Shown here piece by piece: positions 51,656 through 64,000 of a DNA stretch of 64,000 bases. The stretch comes from Reclinomonas americana ATCC 50394 (Eukaryota). The DNA is taken from positions 1 through 64,000 of the forward strand of contig PS015203.1 of the NCBI GenBank assembly GCA_048213135.1, in the 5' to 3' direction. Position 1 is the first letter of the stretch, and each line of letters starts with the position of its first letter. The position numbers were made by a program, and so were the translations under genes. Under the pieces are notes generated by a model, which was not told where the DNA came from, did no database searches, and saw only the letters and a program-made list of their open reading frames with translations.

Positions 51656-54600
51656 ATGGCATCGGCCTCCGCAGCACCAGCAGCAGCAGATGCCAACAAG
51701 AACTTCACCATTACGGGTGCGTTCTCTCTCCTCCCATTCTCTCCCTTGCTGCTGTTTGTGAGCGGCAATTTCCACCCACGCAACACACACACTCGCACGC
51801 TGTTTCCTCCCCGCTGCACTCTTCCTCCGCTCTTCCTTCTTGTCTACGCAACACGCGTCATGTCGCCAACTGTCATGCAGCAGTTTCCGCGCACACGAGA
51901 GCTGACATGTCGCGTTCTTTATGTGCGTGCGTGTGAAACAGAACTGGCGCCTGGCATTCGCCTGAAGCGCATCAAGAACGAGAAGGTGTGTGCTCACATA
52001 ATGCACACACATGCTCGCGTGTGTGTCACTGACGAGTGTGTGTGTGTGTTGTCGCAGCCGGAGGTCACCTTCAGCTTCGAGGTATGCGGAGGGCCTTCTC
52101 CGCACACACATGCACTCCGCTCACTCATGTGTGTATTATGCAGCTTGATAACGCTGTGATGCGTCTGCTGGAGGTTCATCTCTCTCTCCGCTCTTGTCTC
52201 TTCTTGTGTGTGTGTGACGTGTAACTGATGCATGCACAGTTCGAGTATGACTTCACCGGATCCAACAACGTCAAGGTGGACGGCGCCAGCGCACCGAATG
52301 GAATGGTCGTCACTGCGCGCATGAAGCCGTTTGAGCGCCGCACCATCTGGTGAGTTTCCAGGCGGAGAAGCAAGGGAGGAAAACGGCGTGTGGCTCACTC
52401 CTGCGCTCTCTGTGTGTGCAGCACTGTGCGCGCCAAGGACCCGCGTGCTGGCTGGGGACTGCGCTCGAAGGTGTTTCTGCTCGTGTCATGATGTGCTGGG
52501 AGTGAGTGGATGGTGACTCACTCGTCATGTCTCTGTTTCACTCGCGTGCAGTGGAAGTACACGCTGGCTGGTTCGTCGCTGCTGCGCTCTCTTGCTTGGT
52601 GCTGAATCCACGTTCTCATCTCCCCTTCTTCTTCTCCCTTCCTCTCTTTGTGCAGACCCGCCGCGCGCTGAGGTATGTCCAATATTCCGTCACTCTGCTG
52701 CGCCATGACGCTGTTAACTGACCAACTCCTCGCCATGTCACAGATGGACGATTTCTACGATGCGGTTTGTCGTGTCGGTCAATGGCTGGATGCCATCTCC
52801 CCCTTGTTCACCCACTATTGTGCAGGAAACCCGTCGCTTGGTGGCCGCCGCCGAGACGGTAAACCGCCTTCACTCGTGCATTCACCGTTGAGCGTCCGAT
52901 GTCTGAATGTATGCGTGCTTCGCTCGCAGGCGCTCGCCGCTCTCGACATGTGCCCCTCGGATGTGGCACCCATCGAGGACATCAAGGCCATCTGTGCACG
53001 CAGCAATACGGTGAGCCGCAACTCCTTGTCCTCTGTTGTTTGTGTGCCTGACGACTGTGTGACCGCAGCACTTCATGGATCTCGATTTCACGCCCGGCGA
53101 TCGCATTCTGTACGCCGATCCCGACAAGTACGCGCAAATCAACCCTGAGTCGATGCTTCTTCTCTGGTGTACTCACTTCATTCGTGTGCAGGCAAGATTC
53201 GGAGCGCGTCGTGCAGTGGCGTCGGTGTGTTGCTGGTTGTTTTCTTCAATGCATTGATATCTATCTCTCATGCGGTTTGCTTCTGTTTGTGTGCGTCTGT
53301 AGCCCGGAGGAGTTCTGCGAGGTGTGTAATGTCTCTTTTGAGGTCGTGAGGCACAGATCACAGCGGCTGACTATGTGAGTGCGGCATTGAAGGTGGATGC
53401 GTCCAAGGGTCTGACCGCGCCGGAGATTTTCGTCGGAGCCATTGAGCCGGCCGATATTCGACAGGGCGCTCTGGGCGATTGGTGAGAATCCGTTTTGTCT
53501 CTCTGGTGTATTGTGGACTGACCATGAGTGTGCAGCTGGTTCATGTGCTCGCTGTCGTCTCTGGTACGAATAACGTTTCTCTCTTCCGTTTCCGTCTCGT
53601 GGCAATCTCCGCTGACACTGTTCTCTGCACAGGCCGAGCGCCCGCAGCTCGTGCAGCGCCTGTTCCTCACCACCTCCCACGATGGCTCAGGCATTTACCG
53701 GTGCGTGAAGATGTGCAGACTTGCCTGTTTTGCCTTCCGTAACTCACTCCGCTTATCATGGTGACAGTATCCGCATCTGCAAGAATGGCGAGTGGCGCCG
53801 CGTCACCATTGACGGTACGTTTTCTTGTCTCTTCGCCTCCACTGCAGTGCATTCCCACTCACTGCAACCTCGCCGCAGACTACTTCCCCTGCTTCCCCGG
53901 TTCGCCAACTGGATGTGGAGAGTTGCAGTGCAGTTCACACCGTTCGCTCATGTTGTGCTCTCGCAGGCTCTGGTCCGCTGTTCTCGCGCGGCAACGGCAA
54001 CGAGTTGTGGGTGCTGATCCTGGAAAAGGTACTCACAATGTCGTGTGCAGACCGTGTCTTGTGTCGCGCACACTGCTGACTGCCTGGTGGTTGCAGGCGT
54101 ACGCCAAGCTGCACGGCAACTACGACACCCTGCGTGGTGGCTGGGCTCACGAGGGTGCGTTCCTTCTCCGGTGTATGTCTCTGCCCTGCTCAGCGCGTCA
54201 TTGACTGGAGCATTGCAGGCATGTTGGATCTGACTGGCTGCCCCGGCCGCAAGTACACTTTTGCGGACGAGCCGACCAAGACCATGGTCGCCAATGGCCA
54301 GTTGTTCGATCTGCTCGAGCAGAACGACGAGGCCGGTTTCCTGATGTCTGCTTCGACTCCAGGTCCTGCATTCGATCTTGTTACTCTCCCTACTATCTGT
54401 GTTTTGTCTCACGCATACATGCAACCACAGGTGAGGATCGATGGACTGAGGTCGGTGGCCCGTCTGGCGAGGACAAGATCGGTCTGGTGCCTGGTCACGC
54501 CTACACGTTGCTCGCGGTGAAGAAGTACAATGGCGGTAAGTATCGCGATCTGCGCCTGGTGCAGCTGCGCAACCCGTGGGGCAAGTTCGAGTGGAAGGGC

Positions 54601-56265
54601 GACTGGAGTGACACGAGCCCGCTGTGGACCGACGAGATCAAGCGAGCGCTCGATGTGAGGGTCGACGCCGACGATGGCACCTTCTGGATGAGCTGGTCGG
54701 ATTTCACGAAGCACTTTGTGTCGCTCAACGTGTGCTGGTGAGTGTGGTTGTGAGTGCGTGGAGGATTCTGTGCTCGGGCGCCACTGAACGCGAAACTGCG
54801 CACAGCGTCGCTGGCTGGTACGAGAAGCGCCACAAGGCCCGCTTTGTGCGCGGCAGCAAGACCGTGTACTCGGACGCCGCCTTCGACCTGACGGTGACGG
54901 AGCCGACGCACGTGTTCCTGACGGTGCATCAGGAGGACCAGCGCGTCCACGGTGCCATCAAGTGCCGTCCGTACCTCGACATGGGTGTGGTGGTGCTGAA
55001 GGCCGTGGCCGGTGGCTACGAGATTGTCGACGAGAAGCTGCCCGACCTGGACCGCCAGACGGAGCTCGAAGTTGACCTGCCGCCGGGCCAGTACATTGTG
55101 TACCCGAGGTGCGGTGGTGTTGTGTTTGCACTGTGTTGTTTGGGAACCAACATCCTTTTACTGCTTTGATGTTTTCAGAACCACGGGCTGCCGCATGTTT
55201 CGTCACGTCCTGATGCACGGCGACTGTTGTGTGTAGTGTGCTCACTCTTTCGTGTGTACAGGGAGCTGGCTGCCGATGAGGCGCGGGCTCGTGAGCGCAT
55301 CACCATTGCTCTCAACGAGGACAATGACTTCTCGCACGAAGTCACCTTTACCATTTATGTGCGTCCATGGCATCAATGACTCCCCAGTCAGTGACTCTGC
55401 TGATGCATGTGTTTCTGGTCGCGATGTAGGACATTTTCCGCAAGTACGACATTACCATGGACGAGCTGCTTTCGTTTGAGGAGTTTGCCGTGTTCATTCG
55501 CGAGTCGTCACCCGACAACCACGAGCTGACGAAGGCCGAGTGGGACGCTTATACGCGCGACTTCAACTCGACGCCGCAGGGTCTGTCGGCACGCGGTCTG
55601 CTCATGTACTTCAAGGACTTGTTGCGCAAGAAGGGCGAGGTAGCGTCACTGTCGGCCGAGTCCTCACCTGTGAATGTGTGACGAGATTTTTCTCATACGG
55701 TGGTGGTGGTGGTGGTGGTACAGGCTGCGGTGTGGCGCGTCCTCAACAAGCTGGGCTACGACAACTCGCTGTTCTCAGCAGCCTCGCGCTGCTACGTGCT
55801 GGCCCTGCACGCGGACAAGAAGATTCGTCTGAAGCGCTCGGATCCTGTGCCCGCCGCTCAGCAGGAGGAGTTCGACCGCGAGGTATCGGCTCTCAGCGTG
55901 CTGCGCAACGGCCACGCTTCGGACCCCGATGCCGAGGTGGTTGTGTACTCGTCCTACTCGACGTTGCGTCGTCACCAACAGTCTATTCGCAGTGATGTTT
56001 TTTAAAGGGTCCGCTCATTTTCCCTCTTCCTCGCCGCAGTGACGCACACTGCTACAGCTACGTGCTGGAGAACCGCGGTCTGGACTTTGACATTGAGGCG
56101 ACGCTCGACAGCTCCTCCGTGCAGTCGATGCACGCCCTCGGCGGTTCGTTCGTTTCCACCCTCGTGGTGCCGCAGGGACAGGCTGTGTTCTTCCACCACA
56201 TTCAGGCCACCCGCACCGCCCGCGCCTACTCGAGCTCGTGGTCAATGAGCTGGACAAGCACGTAA
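51656..56265 (+). CDS. Calpain-family cysteine protease (N-terminal beta domain, CysPc, domain III, EF-hand, C-terminal beta domain)
   Basis: IRQGALGDCW (Cys), LVPGHAYTLL (His), LRNPWG (Asn), LEKAYAKLHGNY; EF-hand DITMDELLSFEEF; stop at 56263-56265. Confidence 0.93.
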
Positions 56266-56949
56266 GCGGTTTTTTTCTCGCCACGACGCCGACATGCTCA
56301 CATTCCTTTTGACACAAATCAACAACACGATTTTTCTCAACTCCTCCCTCCCTTGTCTTTCCTTTGTCTCTCTCTCCTCTCTCTCTCTCTCTCCGCTCTC
56401 TCGACGAGGCAGTACATCACGCTACTCCNNNNNNNNNNNNNNNNNNNNNNNNNNNNNNNNNNNNNNNNNNNNNNNNNNNNNNNNNNNNNNNNNNNNNNNN
56501 NNNNNNNNNNNNNNNNNNNNNNNNNNNNNNNNNNNNNNNNNNNNNNNNNNNNNNNNNNNNNNNNNNNNNNNNNNNNNNNNNNNNNNNNNNNNNNNNNNNN
56601 NNNNNNNNNNNNNNNNNNNNNNNNNNNNNNNNNNNNNNNNNNNNNNNNNNNNNNNNNNNNNNNNNNNNNNNNNNNNNNNNNNNNNNNNNNNNNNNNNNNN
56701 NNNNNNNNNNNNNNNNNNNNNNNNNNNNNNNNNNNNNNNNNNNNNNNNNNNNNNNNNNNNNNNNNNNNNNNNNNNNNNNNNNNNNNNNNNNNNNNNNNNN
56801 NNNNNNNNNNNNNNNNNNNNNNNNNNNNNNNNNNNNNNNNNNNNNNNNNNNNNNNNNNNNNNNNNNNNNNNNNNNNNNNNNNNNNNCTCTCTCCCGCTCT
56901 CTCGACGAGGCAGTACATCACGCTATCCCGTGTCGTTATTGCACGCATT

Positions 56950-58790
56950 CATTGACGGCGATGAGCGGCGTGTGTCACACTGATCATTTCTCGTCATCGT
57001 CGTCGTCGTCGCTCAGCGTCACGTCGGGCACATCATCAGTGTCGACGGATACTTTGGCTGGTGTCGAAGTGGCAACGGCTGCAGGTTTCGCCTCTCCGGT
57101 CTTGGTGGCTGCGCGAATCATGTCATGCGCGGCTTTGGAGCACCACTCGCTGCGAATGTGCAGCGCTTCATCGAGGTTCTGTGAGGGGGCATGCACATTG
57201 AGAGGGCGAAATTAAACAAGTGGAGTGATCTCATTTCGCACCTCACGCATGGCCGCCACACGAGATTTGTGCGATGGGTGCGTCGAGGTGTATGACATGT
57301 GATCGCCGGTGGCCGCGTCCATGCGCTTCCACACGCTGCATGGCGGTGAGACGTTCCAAACAACTCGCAGAGAAGACGGAACCACAAACCCGGGAGCATA
57401 GTTTGGATCAAAGCACGCGCGTGACATTAACACAATGCCTGCGCAAGGGTGTGGGTGCGTCATCTCAAGGAAGGGATCACAAAGGAGCGCACACACCGAT
57501 TTGGTCAGCCTCCTCTTCGTGGAGCCGCGAGTACGGCAACTCCAGTGCATCTGTGAAATGAATTTAACACGTGTGAGCCACAGTGGCACGGGTCTGAGTG
57601 ACGAACAGCTGCCGCAACATCGCATGACCTGCAGCGACAAGTCAGCAACAACAACCACTTTGTGCGTGCTCAAAGACTCTCCGCATGCGCAACTCGCTTC
57701 GCAATAAACGAGGTCATGTCGAATCCGATGAGACTGAGGAACGCACTCACCAACACCAGCGAGGTGTGGAAGAAGCCTTTTTCTGCCGTGTGTCGAGCTA
57801 ATGCGTGACCGATTTCGTGTGCCAGAACACTGGGGCGTGCAGTGAGGATGGGATTGAAGACACTGAGTTGCAGAGCACATACACAACAGTGCAATCTCAT
57901 CGTCTGCTTCCATGATCTGCAAGATGCGAGGGAGGGAGTGAGTGAGTGAGTGAGTGGGGGAGTTGATCTGCCCCGCGCAACACAACACAACATCCATGAG
58001 TCCTCGGAAAACCACAATCTTGCCGCCTTTGTGCCAACGCGGTGAGCAAATCACCCAGTGCGAAGAGGAACAAGAGAGAGGACTCACCCGGTGCACACAT
58101 GGCATTGACTGTCTTGTCATCCAACACTGCGCGCCACGACAGTATGTGAGTGAGCACGAGAGACGCAAACGACAGGCAACAAAACAACAACTCAACCAGC
58201 AAACTTCCAGTCAAACTTGGCGCCACTGACCGCCACCAGCCGATCGGCCACCGCCCTGACACGCTTCACATCCTGCGCGCACACAAGACACGAGTCACGA
58301 GGATGAAAGCACCAACAAGACACAGCCAGCCACAAACCGGATGATTATCAGGCATCCGCTTGTACTTCTTCACCAACTCAGCAAACACCGCCTCGCCCGT
58401 CTTGTTCTCCTGCTCCCGACTCATCGTCACAAAGTGCATCCGACCTGCCACAGACATCGTCACTCACTGACACCGCCGACGGAACCCATTTGCAATCAGG
58501 CATTGCAAGTCTCACCAGTGATCGGCACCTCCTCTCGCACAATCGATCCCGACAGGTAAAAGCCCACAAACGGCAGTGGAATGCACAGCAACCACCACGC
58601 CGATCGCCGAGCGCCCTTGGGCACAGGTCGACGAGCTGTGCCTCACAATCACATGAGACACACTGATGGAAGAATGAGAGAATGATTGTGCATATGTGCA
58701 ACTGTTATCCATGCCAACACTGACATTCTGTGGTGTCGACGATGACATGTACCGACGAGACCATGTCACCGCACCCTGCACATCTCATGT
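56950..58790 (-). CDS. Peptidase M48 / OMA1-like metalloprotease (ends approximate)
   Basis: VNAMCAPGGKIVVFRGL, VLAHEIGHALARH (HEXXH), EEEADQIG, STHPSHKSR. Confidence 0.85.
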
Positions 58791-58983
58791 GTCAACACGA
58801 GTGTGACAAAGAGAGAGCGAGAGAGTGACACGCACCTGCTGCACTCGCTGAACTGCGCGTTGGCACACATTCAGCACAGACGACAGCAACATGCCTCTCT
58901 TGTGCACAATAAAACGACGCAAGGGGCGCGTCCTGTCCAACTTCGCCGGATTTCATTCATTACTTTGTGAGCGCGCAAACAAC

Positions 58984-59957
58984 ATGGCTTCATTCCAAGA
59001 GATCGTCGACGGAGTGTTCCTCGGACCCGCCTTTGTGCACGAGCTAAAGGTCCACGCGTGCGCGCCTCTGTGCTTGTCTGTCTTTGTCGCTCACTGTGTC
59101 TTGCACACGCAGGCGGATGAGCTCGAGTCACGCGGGATCACCGACGTGTTTCCGATCACGATGCGCGTGGCCGAGTTCCATCCATCACGATTCACCTATC
59201 ACAGTGTGACACTGGAGGATGAGGCCGAGGCGCCCATTGAGCAAGTTGCGGTCGTGCATGGAAGAGCAAGCAGGCAGTGGACAGCAACTCATGTATATAC
59301 TTAGCATTTGCATGCGGTGGCCGATGGCATTCATGCGGCGTTGCAGCAGACGGAACCGCGCCCGGGACGAGTGTATGTGCACTGTGAGGCCGGCATCTCG
59401 CGCTCGTCGAGCATGGTGTTGGCGTATTTGGTCAAATATCGCGTTGCGTGCCTCCTCTGCTCGTGTCTGTCTCTCTCTCTCTCTCGTGTGCGCTGACTGT
59501 GTGAGCGTAGGACATGACACTGCGTGATGCTGTTGCGTTTGGAGGTCGTCGTCGTCTGCTGCTGCGATGTTGTTGGCGCTCATGCTGTGTTGTGTTCCAG
59601 TTTGCGCATGCGCGTGAGAGAAGACCCGTCATTGAGCCGAATGTGGGCTTCTGGGCCAAGCTGGCCGAGTTTGAGCAGGAGGTGCGGGGCAGCAAGTCGT
59701 ACACCCGCGAGGACTACACCATCGGTGAGCAGACGAGTCGTCTATTTGCGTGCGTCTACACAACAAGTGTGCTTATTTCTCACATGCGCAGACATGATGC
59801 GCCCGATGTGCCCGCGCATTCCGCCGGTGAGTCAAAGCGTGGACGGTGTGGTGCGGTCTTTGCCTCTCATTAACTCTGTGTGCAGGAGGAACTGCGCAAG
59901 CTGTTGGAGCAAAACAACTGGGACATCCACGCGGCGTTCAGTGCAATTTTTAGATGA
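58984..59957 (+). CDS. Dual-specificity protein phosphatase with short UBA/CUE-like C-terminal tail
   Basis: EIVDGVFLG, VYVHCEAGISRS (CX5R), RPVIEPNVGF; tail ELRKLLEQNNWDIHAAF. Confidence 0.9.
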
Positions 59958-60139
59958 TCATCTCGCTCGACGGTCGGCTGCCTCAGCACGACGTCTGCAT
60001 CTTTGCCGACCTGTGACGGGAGGAGAGGGGTTAGTGCGAACATCAGATGCGTGTGAAAAAAGGAGCAAAACAACAACAATGTACCAGAATCCAATGTCGC
60101 CAGCGACCTTGTTGCGGTTGCTCAGGATTCTGTGCACTG

Positions 60140-61858
60140 GATAGTGAGAAGCAGTGGAGTGGGGCTTAAGACAAGGAGACGGTGCGCAACGTGGACAGCT
60201 GTGTGAGAATGCCATCGCGTTGCTTGATGGTCTCGGTGACCTTGGCCTGCAGACTCGACAGCTCGGTGTTCAGAGCCGTGCGCTGCACAGTCGACATTCG
60301 TGAGACAGAGTGTGTGAGAGAGAAACAGAGTGGGCGCCGGCAGCACGCACCGTCCAGGTGGTGTAGTCCTCATTGGCGGTCGCAAACGTGAGGAACACCT
60401 GCTCATCACTGGCTTCCACATCCTGTGCGTGCGGCAGAGACAGGTGAGAACGACAAGCGGAAGACGAGGGCGAAGCTGACGCCGAATACAGACCAGAATC
60501 GTCTGCAGCGAGTCGTTCTCCACCGGCTGCACAACCGCCTCGGTTTCCACAAACTCGGCCTGCACCGGGGTCGCGTCCGAAGGCAGTTCAACCAGCGCCA
60601 CGGTGGTCAGCGCCCGCTGGATCATCACAATCTGCAAGAGGGGTGAGATCACTTGTCTCTCGATTGCACTACAGCTGCGACGGGGAACACTCACATTGTT
60701 CTGCAGCTGCGCGATGGTTGCATCTGCAGTTTCGAGCTGCAAGCGGGCATTCATCTCTTGCTCCATGAAGCGCACCTCCTCGCCCTTCCAGAACGCCAGA
60801 CTGCCTCGAGCTTCGCAGCACGTCTGTAACGAGGAGAAATGTCGATGAGGACGCCAGAAGACATCGCGTGCGACAGACGGACAACGCACCTGGATCGTCT
60901 TGCCCTCAATAATCAGGCCCGCCTTCTTGGACTGCACAGCACGAGGTAAGCGAAGCAACGGAACACATACAGGCAACAGTTACGCAACGGCGATCTCGTT
61001 GGACATGTCTTGTGCCCACGGCGGCAGGGTGGACGAGTCGGTGACACCAACCATGGCCAGTGTGGCGTAATCAGCAGCATCCTCCTCTTCCGCCTCTTCC
61101 GTCGTCTCCCCCTCGGTCTCTCCCACGGTCACGTCCACGGCCTCGTTCTCCTCCTCCTCCTCCTCCTCAATCTCCTCTTCCTCAGTCTCCCCTTCCTCAA
61201 TGTCACCTTCCTCAATCTCCTCCTCCTCCTCGGTCTCCACTTCCTCAGTCTCACCCTCCTCAATCTCCTCCTCCTCTTCGACGAACTCCTCTTCCTCCTC
61301 ATCCTCCTCCTCGGCCTCCTCCTCCTCCTCCTCTGGCTCCTCGCTGTCGGCCTCCACTTCCACCTCGTCGGCATCGGTGTCGGCAACATCGTCGAGCGAG
61401 TCGAATTCCGACTCCATGCTCACAAACTCGTTCTCCATGAGGCTGAACACCGCGTTCTCGCTCTCGACATCGACCTCCTCATCTTCTTCGTCCTCCTCAG
61501 ACACCCAACCCTCGTCGTGTTGCTCTTCCTCCTCGTCTTGCTCCTCGTCTTCCAAGGCACCCTCGGTGACGACAGCTTCCGCCGACACAGACTCGGCATT
61601 TTGCTCCTCTGCAACCACTGCCGGTGCTACTGACTGCTGCGCATCGTCGCCAGTGTACTCGCTGTCGTTCGCTGAGAAGACTAGCGGGATGAGTGCACTG
61701 TGCGTGCGAGCGCGGGAAAAAACGTATGACACGCAAGAGAACGAACCAGTGTACGACGGCGCCGGGAAGGTCGCCGAGTCCACCCGCCTGGAGAACTCCA
61801 CCACGACGAGCAGCGCCGCCACCAACACCACACTGAGAAGGATCGAGCTCCACTTCAT
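60140..61858 (-). CDS. Secreted, extremely Glu-rich protein with C-terminal coiled-coil segments
   Basis: Signal/anchor MKWSSILLSVVLVAALLVVV; ~180 aa acidic tract; heptad-like LQLETADATIAQLQNN. Confidence 0.65.
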
Positions 61859-61939
61859 CTCGCGCGAAAACACAAAAAAAAACAGCCAAAGATCTGGCGC
61901 GAAAAAACACACTGTAAATCACCGCGTACACAATCTTGT

Positions 61940-64000
<2,061 letters not shown>

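Noticed and set aside
56390-56925. Direct repeat (ctctctcgacgaggcagtacatcacgcta) flanking a gap, resembling a target-site duplication or LTR
   Set aside because: Most simply an unmerged contig overlap next to a (CT)n tract; no transposase or RT sequence is visible.
59245-59532. Alternative reading of GTTGCG sites as non-canonical G|TTGCG (TT) donors with shifted acceptors
   Set aside because: GT..AG boundaries give the family-typical residues (His after PIEQ, Phe after DA in the DSP; Phe before ELDP in PrpD); the shifted reading gives Asp/Val.

Overview
Gene-dense, intron-rich eukaryotic (protist-like) genomic scaffold with many short introns (mostly ~45-80 nt), microsatellites and N-gaps. 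Some contigs appear mis-oriented, and the 20-N gaps hide unknown lengths. About 23 spliced genes or gene fragments can be read: a pseudokinase-HECT E3 fusion, a giant Cys-rich secreted TNFR/EGF-repeat protein, Dopey, an aspartic protease, MCCC2, two tandem SIR2_2-type proteins (one with zf-UBP, both with a receiver-like C-terminus), a Sel1 protein, EMC5, a CBM48-WWE-WWE-PARG (TIGR02452) fusion, an SR protein, GPAT, a second TIGR02452 PARG head-to-head with Gln-dependent NAD+ synthetase, PrpD, FAM98, calpain, OMA1-like M48, a DSP phosphatase, an acidic secreted protein and a SPRY protein. Two things stand out. (1) A pervasive second class of 5' splice site, GTTGCG/GTTGAG (an extra T at +3), which in every case I mapped follows a non-G exon end. 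(2) A ~21 kb concentration of NAD+/ADP-ribose genes built from domains typical of prokaryotic defence or ADP-ribose turnover. All exon structures were inferred by eye, with no cDNA or database search; coordinates are gene spans including introns.
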